From: a virus
Lineage: Duplodnaviria; Caudoviricetes
Direction: 5' to 3' (one strand)
Length of the DNA: 64,000 bases
Virus record (IMG/VR): IMGVR_UViG_3300037249_001405
Location: 146,317-210,316 of that record
Shown here: positions 51,026 through 59,519 of the stretch, in pieces
Numbering within the stretch: the first letter of the stretch is position 1
Layout: the number at the start of each line of letters is the position of its first letter
Translations under genes and position numbers: made by a program
The notes under the pieces: model-generated
Told to the model about the DNA's origin: nothing
The model's input: only the letters and a program-made list of their open reading frames with translations
The model's database searches: none

Positions 51026-51410
51026 AAAAATTCCAACAAATGACCCTATAATAAAAGCTATTACGGAGTCAACTGCTGGTTTTAAAAATGTATCACTAAA
51101 GTTTCTAGAATCAAAGAAGAAAAGTAGTCGTTATGGAGATTGGATTGAGTATAATCTTGTACTTGATTGCTTTTTATCATCTGACACAAGTGTTTGTATT
51201 TTAAATCGTTTTTTAGAAATTGTAGAATTTTTAAAGAAGTTATCTGATTTAAAATTAAGTAGTGTTGGAATTCAGGAAACAAAATGTGATGAACCCAATC
51301 ATCTTTACTTCGGGATATATGTAATAAAAGATGTTGGGAATTTGAGAAATATCCCGGAATATGATATGACAAAAGAAATTATTAATCTTATAGAAAACGA
51401 CGAATTATAA
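50994..51410 (+). CDS. Hypothetical protein (start uncertain)
   Basis: ORF fills the gap between dut and the actin-like gene. Confidence 0.55.
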   Translation: MMEVLDQQAYKKIPTNDPIIKAITESTAGFKNVSLKFLESKKKSSRYGDWIEYNLVLDCFLSSDTSVCILNRFLEIVEFLKKLSDLKLSSVGIQETKCDEPNHLYFGIYVIKDVGNLRNIPEYDMTKEIINLIENDEL

Positions 51411-52429
51411 TGAAATTACTGGCAATCGATTTAGGGTATTCTTCTGTAAAGGTAGCTTATCATAATGAAACTGGAGCACTACAATTTGAAAAGTATATTA
51501 GTGCCTTAGCTAAAATTCAGGACCCTATGGAAGCTGATGATGACGTATTGTTCAGATTAGGAGCAGATTTTTATATTCTTGGAACCCCAGCATTGAAGGT
51601 TCCCCGTTCTTGCCTCCTTCGTCTGGATGATTTTGAATCAATGAAAGTTGCATATCCTGTTTGGATATCTTATCTACTAACTAAATATAGTAGGGAAGGT
51701 TTGACATTCGATAAAGTAGTAATTGGATTGTCAATGGCTTTTAAAGACAGAACAGATGAATTGTTGACTTACTTATGTGAAACTTTAGGTAAGCAAAAAG
51801 AAGATGGATTCTTCATATGTCTACCTCAGGGTCTTTCTTGTAAGTTGGCGTATTCAGAATGTGGTTTGGATATTAGAGAATCTTCAAAGCACAATGATTA
51901 CAAGATGAAGAACTACCTCATTCTCGATGGTGGATTCTTAACTTGTGATATTTGTAACGTAGCTAATGGAACAGCATCAGCTGGTGCTGCAGTGGGCATC
52001 CCGAATACCGGTCTCATTGTAGTATCTCTTAACGTTATTGATTATCTCCGTAAAGAGTATAATATGGAGGTGTCAGTCAAGGAAGCTCAGACTATCGTAG
52101 ATAATGCCGGTCGTTTTACTAGAAGAGGTAAAGAGTACAATATCGGTTCTAAGTTAGATGAGTTTATAAAGAAATATCTTCTCGATGTACTAAATCTTCT
52201 TGAAGCGAAATTCGGAGAAGCTATTGATGCTGTTGATGGTATACTTGTTTGTGGTGGATTAAGCTATTTCTTTAAGAAATATCTCGCAGATCCTAAATTC
52301 ACAAAACTAGTAGAGGATCAACACTTCCCAACTTCATTCTTACACTTCCCTTCAACAGACTCAGAATACTTTAACGCTTTTTCTTATCTTAGAATCGCAC
52401 AAAACATTCTAGGAAATAATAAGAAATGA
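51410..52429 (+). CDS. ParM/StbA-like actin-family ATPase
   Basis: Phosphate-1 AIDLGYSSVK, PQG, phosphate-2 ILDGGFLT, adenosine motif LVCGG, terminal FNA. Confidence 0.85.
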   Translation: MKLLAIDLGYSSVKVAYHNETGALQFEKYISALAKIQDPMEADDDVLFRLGADFYILGTPALKVPRSCLLRLDDFESMKVAYPVWISYLLTKYSREGLTFDKVVIGLSMAFKDRTDELLTYLCETLGKQKEDGFFICLPQGLSCKLAYSECGLDIRESSKHNDYKMKNYLILDGGFLTCDICNVANGTASAGAAVGIPNTGLIVVSLNVIDYLRKEYNMEVSVKEAQTIVDNAGRFTRRGKEYNIGSKLDEFIKKYLLDVLNLLEAKFGEAIDAVDGILVCGGLSYFFKKYLADPKFTKLVEDQHFPTSFLHFPSTDSEYFNAFSYLRIAQNILGNNKK

Positions 52430-53025
52430 GCGAACTAGTTATAAAAGGACAAGCATGGATTTGTAACGATCAATTATTGCAGGATCAGATTACATTTACT
52501 GATTCTGAATCATCGAATAATGGTGCCTCCAAAACAGTTGTCTTAATTGAGAATATTTGGGATGACTTGTTTGCGGGTAATGGAGAGTATAAGTGGAATG
52601 GTAAAAATTATTTCTATTGGGAGTATGAAATGACTGATACAATGTCAGATACAGGTGATGTTGTATTAGTTAAGCATGAATGCCCAGCTCTTACTTATGA
52701 AAAAGCAAAAGAAAAACTAGTCCCTGGTGAAACACCAGAGGCTAGAGATGAGAAAGAGAAAGAATTAGTTTCTAAGTATAATGGATTACCTTTCCCTGAC
52801 CCAAGAAAAGCATCATTAGGTCATGGTGATTATGTAGATTATTATATCACAAAGTTTTGGGTAGCTTTGGAAAATTCTTATAAGAATGGAAATATTCAAA
52901 GAACAGAAGTAACATTCCCAGGTTCTTCTCACGTTGGTCTCGACGGAGAAATTGTTACCGTTGACGAAGTTACAGTTACTAACCACGATTTCAGTGATAT
53001 TGCTAATCTATTGAGTTTATATTAA
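52426..53025 (+). CDS. Hypothetical protein coupled to the actin-like gene
   Basis: ATGA overlap with the upstream stop. Confidence 0.75.
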   Translation: MSELVIKGQAWICNDQLLQDQITFTDSESSNNGASKTVVLIENIWDDLFAGNGEYKWNGKNYFYWEYEMTDTMSDTGDVVLVKHECPALTYEKAKEKLVPGETPEARDEKEKELVSKYNGLPFPDPRKASLGHGDYVDYYITKFWVALENSYKNGNIQRTEVTFPGSSHVGLDGEIVTVDEVTVTNHDFSDIANLLSLY

Positions 53026-53033
53026 AAAAAAAT

Positions 53034-53086
53034 AATATCAGATATTAGGTTGATTTATAATTACATACCTAATATCTGATATTTTT
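53034..53086. terminator. Bidirectional terminator
   Basis: 17-bp AATATCAGATATTAGGT/ACCTAATATCTGATATT. Confidence 0.8.
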
Positions 53087-53111
53087 ACTCCTCTAAAAAG
53101 AGAGTGTAAAT

Positions 53112-53660
53112 TTAGTTATCCTTAGTCTCAAGAACTTGAATAACATCTTTATGAAGAATAACAATGGAATCACAACTCCATGATTCCAAGTACTCTTCCT
53201 GCTTCTGGTGAGGTGCTTTGCCTTCCATATAAAGATTATATTGCTCAGCATCCTTCACTCTGCACTCTAAGACTGCATTATATGTCACCTCAACGGCGTC
53301 ATAATCTTTTGCAATCTTTTCCCAATCGAAGTGATTGGACTCGAGATCTGTGACGTCTTTGTAGGAAGTCATAAATCTTTTATAATCCTCGTAAGAATCA
53401 ATTTTCCTGATCCTTGCCGAAGGTTTTAATACAAACCTGGTCCATTTTTGCATATAACAAGGAACTCCCTCGCTTTTACAAAAATTGAGCCATCCGTATT
53501 GTGCGTCTATGGGTGATGCCCATAAACCACAGTAACACGGTTTGTTCCGAATTGCGTCGGATTTACAGTTCTTAACCTCATTAAAATCTTCTGGGTTAAA
53601 AGCCAAACCATAAGAGATATACTGTCTCTTTACGGTAATCTTAAAATTATTATTAGCCAT
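53112..53660 (-). CDS. Hypothetical phage protein (GLWASP motif)
   Basis: 182-aa ORF after the conserved leader. Confidence 0.75.
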   Translation of the reverse strand: MANNNFKITVKRQYISYGLAFNPEDFNEVKNCKSDAIRNKPCYCGLWASPIDAQYGWLNFCKSEGVPCYMQKWTRFVLKPSARIRKIDSYEDYKRFMTSYKDVTDLESNHFDWEKIAKDYDAVEVTYNAVLECRVKDAEQYNLYMEGKAPHQKQEEYLESWSCDSIVILHKDVIQVLETKDN

Positions 53661-53750
53661 AATAAATAAAATTTAAATAAAAGTTAAAATCTTGAAAAAT
53701 AAAAGAGGATATAAACTTAACTGTCTATATCTTCTCATTAATAAGGGTTT
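53661..53750 (-). promoter_or_regulatory. Promoter-hairpin-U-box leader, copy 13
   Basis: AAACCCTTATTAATGAG, hairpin nearly identical to copy 11, TTTTATTTTTCAAGAT. Confidence 0.8.
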
Positions 53751-53760
53751 GAAGTGAAAG

Positions 53761-53882
53761 AAAAAAAGGAAATCAACACGAGCTTCACAGTCGTGTTGAT
53801 TTAATGGGGGGCACTAGGTGAGAATGTTTGCTACTCGTACCCCCCGGAGGGTTTCATTAATTTAATTTTTTTATATTATGCT
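53761..53882 (-). ncRNA. Candidate small RNA or micro-ORF transcript
   Basis: Promoter-like ATAGCCTTATATATAG, GGGGGGTAC/GTGCCCCCC stem, terminator AAATCAACACGA-CTGTGAAGC-TCGTGTTGATTT. Confidence 0.45.
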
Positions 53883-54004
53883 ATATATAAGGCTATCAAG
53901 CATTTAGATACGTAAAATGAAATACAGTAAATTAGTGGAATTATACCGTTAATTTCTTATAATCGATAATAATGGTTAAATATTAATAAAAAACACATAA
54001 AATA

Positions 54005-54619
54005 ATGGATATTAATATCGAATTCTTTTACGGACTCAGTGGAACTTTAAAAACCACTACAATTAATTCCAGATTATCTGACTGTGATAGTTGGTTAGTA
54101 ATGTTGTCAGGAATTAAGCAGTGGAAAGAACTAGAGGATGGAATATTCTCTGGCAAAGTAGAAGTCAATGATTTAAATTATGCCATTAATCATCTCTCCA
54201 GATTAAGTGATTTTGTAGGAGAGTGTTGGGTATGGCAGAGAGAAAATTTATTCGTTGAAAGAGGAGTAACTGACATGCTGTTTTATAAATCTCAGAAAAC
54301 CGCATTGGAAGATGGGTTTATAAAAGATGTAGTTAGTTATGAAGATGGTTTAACTATTTATAACTCTGATTACGACATGAGTGGTGGTGTGATTAGCGTT
54401 AAAAAGACGTTATTAGTAATGGAAGATAAAGATTTTATTATTAAGTCTATAAATTCCCATCCTTCACGTCAACTGTTTAATGGAGTAGAAGATTATTTAG
54501 TTAAACAAAAAGAATATGTTGATTTTACGAAGAAGTATAACAACATTGATGAAACTATAACTATAACATCTGCAAAGGATTATTTAACAGGTATAGGAAT
54601 CGATTATAGATCTAATTAA
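54005..54619 (+). CDS. Putative P-loop nucleoside/nucleotide kinase
   Basis: GLSGTLKTT and FVERG motifs; upstream of nrdD. Confidence 0.6.
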   Translation: MDINIEFFYGLSGTLKTTTINSRLSDCDSWLVMLSGIKQWKELEDGIFSGKVEVNDLNYAINHLSRLSDFVGECWVWQRENLFVERGVTDMLFYKSQKTALEDGFIKDVVSYEDGLTIYNSDYDMSGGVISVKKTLLVMEDKDFIIKSINSHPSRQLFNGVEDYLVKQKEYVDFTKKYNNIDETITITSAKDYLTGIGIDYRSN

Positions 54620-54641
54620 TAAATTTTAAACATTTATCAAC

Positions 54642-56837
54642 ATGGAAGAAGTAACTCCAAAGGTTATTAAAAGGGATGGTAGAGAGGTTGTGTTTAATGA
54701 AGAGAAAATTAAACAAGCCATCGAAGCTGCAATGAAGAAAACAGAGGCAGGGGTTGATACTGATCTCATTAACAGGATTGTAACTAATCTCAAAAATTCA
54801 AAGATATTTAAGTCAGAGAAGATTGAGGTAGAGCAGATTCAGGATTTTATTGAGAATGAGTTAATGAAGTCCTCTAGGAAGGAAGTAGCGAAGGAGTATA
54901 TTTTGTATAGAGAGGAAAGAAGCAAAATTAGAAGGTATAAAGGCAAATTAATGAAAGCCGTTGCTTCCAAACTCAATGCAAAAGCAGTTGTAAATCAAAA
55001 TGCTAATGTAGATGAGAATTCATTTGGAGGTAGAATGGGCGAAGCTATGTCAGTAGTAATGAAAGACATAGCACTGAATGAATTATTCTCAAAAAAGAGT
55101 AGAGAAAATCATCTCAATAATGAGATATATATTCATGATCTAGACCATGCTATCTTAGGGGATCATAATTGTCTAAGTTGCCCTATTGATGATCTTCTAG
55201 CTAAAGGATTTACGACAAGACAGACTGATATTAGACCTGCAGGGTCTATAAATACTGCATTTCAATTGGTGGCTGTAATATTTCAAATACAATCATTACA
55301 ACAATTTGGTGGTGTTTCAGCAACTCACATAGATCACTCAATGGTTCCTTATGTCAGAAAATCTTTTTATAAACATTATAAAGATGGCATGACTTTCATA
55401 GAAGAAAAGGAAATTTCAAGTGATCTAAATGATACGCTAAGTATCGAAGATGGAAAATACAAAGAAAACAGTAAAGTCTATAAGTATGCTCTTAGTATGA
55501 CTGAAAAAGAATTAAAACAAGCTACTGAGGGACTTTACCATAACCTTAACTCATTGCAAAGCAGGTCTGGAAACCAATTGCCCTTTTCGTCCTTGAACTA
55601 CGGCACATGTACGTTGCCAGAAGGAAGAATGGTAATTAAAGCTTTGTTAGAGGGAAGTATAGCTGGTGTTGGTAAATTTCATAGAACCAGCGTATTTCCG
55701 TGTGGTATTTTCCAATATATGAAAGGTGTTAATGATAAACCAGGTACTCCAAATTACGACATGTATAGGTTAGCATTGAAGTCAACCTCTCAGCGTTTAT
55801 TCCCCAATTATGCTAATGTGGATTGGAGTGGTAATGCGGGATATGACAGAAATGATCCAAAAACCTATTTTTCAACAATGGGGTGTCGTACTGCTAATGG
55901 TTTTGATATTAATGCCGAACCAGGTCAGAATCCGCAATTAAAGGATGGTAGAGGTAATATATGTCCTGTTACAATTATATTACCTACTTTAGCTATGGAG
56001 GCTGATAGGGATGTAGAGAAGTTTATGTCTCTTCTTGATACAAAGATATCTGAAGCAAAAGACATGTTAATAGAAAGGTTTAATTGGATTTGTTCTCAAT
56101 CTCCAAAAGCAGCCTCTTTTATGTATGATAATGGAACTATGTTTGGGTATCATCCAGAAGAGGGCATTAAATCAGCCCTTAAACATGGTACCTTGGCAAT
56201 AGGATTTTTGTCCATAGCTGAAACTTTGCAGCTATTAATAGGAACAGATCATACTACTGAAAAAGGAATGGAGTTGGCTAAAAGAATAATGAATTTGTTT
56301 AAGACCAGAGCGGCAGAATTTAAGCAGAAATATAAACTAAATTTTGGAGTGTATTGTACTCCTGCAGAAAATTTGTGTCACACTGCATTAAACAAATTTA
56401 AAGAGAAGTATGGTGTAATTCCGAATGTATCTGATAAGGAGTTCTTTACAAACAGCATTCACGTACCTGTTTGGAAAGAAATGGATCCTTTCAAGAAAAT
56501 TGACATTGAATCTCAGTTGACTGGATATAGTTCAGCTGGCTGTATTACTTATGTAGAATGTCCCTCGACATCTAAGCATAATATAGATGCATTAGAGGAG
56601 TTGGTAAATTATGCTATGGATCATGATATTCCATACTTTGCCATCAATGTACCTAATGACACCTGTAATAATTGTGGTTATACAGATGAGATGCCTGATG
56701 TATGTCCTGAATGCGGTAGTTCAGACATCAAGAGGCTCAGAAGAGTAACAGGATATTTAAGTAACGACTATAAAACCTCATTTAACAAAGGAAAGAGGGA
56801 TGAAGTAGAGCACAGAGTTCAACATTTTACACATTAG
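54642..56837 (+). CDS. nrdD: Anaerobic (class III) ribonucleotide reductase with ATP-cone
   Basis: VIKRDG ATP-cone, IYIHDLD, HNC, MGCRT, TPAE, CxxC..CxxC, RRVTGYL glycyl-radical motif. Confidence 0.97.
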   Translation: MEEVTPKVIKRDGREVVFNEEKIKQAIEAAMKKTEAGVDTDLINRIVTNLKNSKIFKSEKIEVEQIQDFIENELMKSSRKEVAKEYILYREERSKIRRYKGKLMKAVASKLNAKAVVNQNANVDENSFGGRMGEAMSVVMKDIALNELFSKKSRENHLNNEIYIHDLDHAILGDHNCLSCPIDDLLAKGFTTRQTDIRPAGSINTAFQLVAVIFQIQSLQQFGGVSATHIDHSMVPYVRKSFYKHYKDGMTFIEEKEISSDLNDTLSIEDGKYKENSKVYKYALSMTEKELKQATEGLYHNLNSLQSRSGNQLPFSSLNYGTCTLPEGRMVIKALLEGSIAGVGKFHRTSVFPCGIFQYMKGVNDKPGTPNYDMYRLALKSTSQRLFPNYANVDWSGNAGYDRNDPKTYFSTMGCRTANGFDINAEPGQNPQLKDGRGNICPVTIILPTLAMEADRDVEKFMSLLDTKISEAKDMLIERFNWICSQSPKAASFMYDNGTMFGYHPEEGIKSALKHGTLAIGFLSIAETLQLLIGTDHTTEKGMELAKRIMNLFKTRAAEFKQKYKLNFGVYCTPAENLCHTALNKFKEKYGVIPNVSDKEFFTNSIHVPVWKEMDPFKKIDIESQLTGYSSAGCITYVECPSTSKHNIDALEELVNYAMDHDIPYFAINVPNDTCNNCGYTDEMPDVCPECGSSDIKRLRRVTGYLSNDYKTSFNKGKRDEVEHRVQHFTH

Positions 56838-56841
56838 AATA

Positions 56842-57369
56842 ATGAATTATATGGCTATAACACAGCCGGATATTAATAATGGTTTAGGTTGCCGGGTTAC
56901 CTTGTGGGTATCCGGCTGCCCTAATCATTGTCCTGGCTGTCACAATCCAGAAACATGGGATAAATTAGCGGGAAAGAAATTTGATGAAGAGGCTAAGAAT
57001 AAGTTGATGGAGTATCTTAGCAAGCCCTACATCAAAGGACTGACCTTGAGTGGTGGAGAACCATTGGATTTTAGAGACTCTGATAAATGTGAAGTTTTAT
57101 TAGATATTGTAAAGACTGTAAAAACATCTATGCCGGATAAAGATATTTGGGTTTTTTCAGGGTTTACTTTGAGGGAGTTATTATCTCACCCATCTACAAC
57201 TTCTATACTAGATTATGTAGATAATTTAGTAGATGGTAAGTTTGAACAAGATAAGGCTGATAAATCTCTAGCATTCAGAGGATCAAAAAATCAAAAGATC
57301 TACACCAATTATACCTATGAATCCGTTACAGGACCTGATAATTGGGTAGATCAGACAGAGAAATTCTAA
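56842..57369 (+). CDS. nrdG: Anaerobic RNR activating enzyme
   Basis: NGLGCR, CPNHCPGC radical-SAM motif, SGGEP, FRGSKNQ. Confidence 0.96.
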   Translation: MNYMAITQPDINNGLGCRVTLWVSGCPNHCPGCHNPETWDKLAGKKFDEEAKNKLMEYLSKPYIKGLTLSGGEPLDFRDSDKCEVLLDIVKTVKTSMPDKDIWVFSGFTLRELLSHPSTTSILDYVDNLVDGKFEQDKADKSLAFRGSKNQKIYTNYTYESVTGPDNWVDQTEKF

Positions 57370-57386
57370 CAAAAATTAAATATATT

Positions 57387-58193
57387 ATGATCGGCAAAGA
57401 TTCAATTTCAATTCTTAGAGAAAGAAGAACTAAATCCTTTTCCATAATATTTATGAATACGGAGTATCCACTTACAGAGAAACAGCAAAATGGGTTAGAT
57501 AAATTAGCTAAAATATCTGACACATTTCTTGTATTTGATGATAAGTGGGGTAAAGGTTCTGAAACTGTTGATAAGATGAAATTCACTTGTCTCCATGATT
57601 GCTATGGTTGGGTAGATGTAGGTAACTCATTAGGGGAAACTATACTAAAGGTACTAGAGTATACTTTAATTATACCTGAAAGTTCTGGTCATTTGTTCTA
57701 TTCTTTTGTTAAATGTGATAGGTTAGGAGAATTGACTACAGAAATAACAAATACTTGGGTAGATTATAAAAAGAGTAATACGTTAGTTGACCCTATATTT
57801 AAATTAGATAGACTTAGCCCTGATGAACTTGCTAATATTTATAGAAAGCTTGAGCCTACAACTTCAATAAAACCAATTAGTAAGGTAGATTTAATTAAGA
57901 AGTGGATAATTAAGTTAAAGTATGAACCTATAAAGAAATCCTCTATAGATTATACCAATGCTTATACTACCCACCGTACTAAATCATGGTTTGTCCCTAT
58001 GAAAGTAGGTACTGTAAGTAGATTAGTGGATTTTTATAAAGAAAGTAAAAACCTATCTTATATCAGAACGTTTGAGTTTGTAGATCCGTTTTATTTCATT
58101 GCTTCATTAATAGTTAAGTTAGGTATAACAATTAGTAACTTTGATTTTACTGAAGTAGAAATAAAGGAAAATAATATTATTAAGAAAGAATGA
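57387..58193 (+). CDS. Hypothetical protein
   Basis: ORF with probable start ATG 57387. Confidence 0.7.
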   Translation: MIGKDSISILRERRTKSFSIIFMNTEYPLTEKQQNGLDKLAKISDTFLVFDDKWGKGSETVDKMKFTCLHDCYGWVDVGNSLGETILKVLEYTLIIPESSGHLFYSFVKCDRLGELTTEITNTWVDYKKSNTLVDPIFKLDRLSPDELANIYRKLEPTTSIKPISKVDLIKKWIIKLKYEPIKKSSIDYTNAYTTHRTKSWFVPMKVGTVSRLVDFYKESKNLSYIRTFEFVDPFYFIASLIVKLGITISNFDFTEVEIKENNIIKKE

Positions 58194-58528
58194 CAGAGTT
58201 TTATGAACAGTCGGGATTTAACCCATACTACCCATCTGAGATTGAGACCTGGAAGTGGAATACAAAGGAATCTCCTCCAGACTGGGTAATAGATTATTGT
58301 AGGGTTAGAAATATAGACCTAGATAGTAAAACAGTTCTCGAATATAAAAAGACTACGACAGGAGGTATAGAACTTGTTAGGTCTGGTTTTGATTCCTATA
58401 CTCCAATTTTGATAGTTAACCCTGAAACAGATCCACTATGTTTCGACCATGTTACTAAAAAATTATTCGTATTAACAGGTCGTGCTTTGAATTTAATGTA
58501 TAAAAAGGTAGAGGGAAGAAAAAAATAA
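58190..58528 (+). CDS. Hypothetical protein
   Basis: 112-aa coupled ORF. Confidence 0.7.
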   Translation: MTEFYEQSGFNPYYPSEIETWKWNTKESPPDWVIDYCRVRNIDLDSKTVLEYKKTTTGGIELVRSGFDSYTPILIVNPETDPLCFDHVTKKLFVLTGRALNLMYKKVEGRKK

Positions 58529-58552
58529 ATAATAGGAACTTAATCCTATTAT

Positions 58553-58692
58553 TAAAATAAAAACCCCCAGAGATGACACAAAAAAAAAATTAATCATCAA
58601 AAAACAAAAAATCAAACAAACGGTAGCAAAGCAATAAATAAAACTCTGGGGGTGAAACAAATCGAATTCAAATAACTATATCTATAACGCTA
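58553..58692 (-). ncRNA. Candidate small RNA with a 10-bp GC stem closing a ~70-nt U-rich loop
   Basis: Promoter-like GAACCTTACAAATAG (58690-58704), ACCCCCAGAG/CTCTGGGGGT (58563-58653), U-tract. Confidence 0.5.
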
Positions 58693-58730
58693 TTTGTAAG
58701 GTTCTTAGGAATTTATAAAAGGAAGTATTT

Positions 58731-59468
58731 ATGATAAATGAATCAACAAATCCTTTTGATGATCCACTATTCAAAAAAGCAATATTGGATAAGGAATTAG
58801 GTAAGGATAAAGATTATGAGTTGATGATAAACCCTGAATCTGAATTTACAGATGCAGAGATTGTATCACCACAAGATAATAATGAACAGTCCTTCTCTGA
58901 TATTCTAAATTCCGTCCCTAAAATACCTAAAGCAGCAAAGAATGTAATAGTGGATGCTAGTGCTATAGCAAAGAATCAAAAGGAAGAAAAAGAACAGGAA
59001 ATGGTGGAGGCTTTAAGCAATGTCTTCACTAAGTATAATAAAGAATATGGAACATCACTTCAAATAGATTTTAGTAACTTATCTAAAACATTAGTGAATG
59101 TAGCAGATCCTGAGAAAAGACACACATTAGAGTTGTATGTTTCTGAGGTATTTAAGAGTATAAAACCTATACTTTTATTACACCTCATTTCTAGGTTGTC
59201 TTTAGCTATGGATTATGTACTGAAGCCGGAGAGAATGTTCGACCAGAGTCAATTATCTATACCTGATTTATTCTTAGTAATTGAGAAATTACAAGAATAT
59301 ATAATGAATCTTAATGAAATAATTAAGACTTCTACAATAGAAGATTCCGACCAAATCTTAAAGAAATTGGCTGAAAACAAGGAGAATTCAGTAATGGATA
59401 ATCCAGAATCAAAGCAGACAATTCAAGATTTCATGTCTTTATTCAAAAACGAAGCTTTAGGAAGTTAA
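58731..59468 (+). CDS. Hypothetical protein
   Basis: 245-aa ORF. Confidence 0.75.
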   Translation: MINESTNPFDDPLFKKAILDKELGKDKDYELMINPESEFTDAEIVSPQDNNEQSFSDILNSVPKIPKAAKNVIVDASAIAKNQKEEKEQEMVEALSNVFTKYNKEYGTSLQIDFSNLSKTLVNVADPEKRHTLELYVSEVFKSIKPILLLHLISRLSLAMDYVLKPERMFDQSQLSIPDLFLVIEKLQEYIMNLNEIIKTSTIEDSDQILKKLAENKENSVMDNPESKQTIQDFMSLFKNEALGS

Positions 59469-59472
59469 AAAT

Positions 59473-59512
59473 AAATAGACTGATACCATAAAAAGTATCA
59501 GTCTATTTTTTA
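59473..59512. terminator. Bidirectional terminator
   Basis: AAATAGACTGATAC/GTATCAGTCTATTT between convergent genes. Confidence 0.8.
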
Positions 59513-59519
59513 TTTTTCT

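Noticed and set aside
3604-53750. Repeated hairpin leaders as a CRISPR array or integron attC sites
   Set aside because: Copies are dispersed, lack constant-length spacers, vary in stem sequence and lack GTTRRRY cores; no cas or integrase gene in the window
54642-56837. Intein or intron in nrdD (also checked ligA and thyX)
   Set aside because: Protein lengths and motif spacing are normal and the frames are uninterrupted
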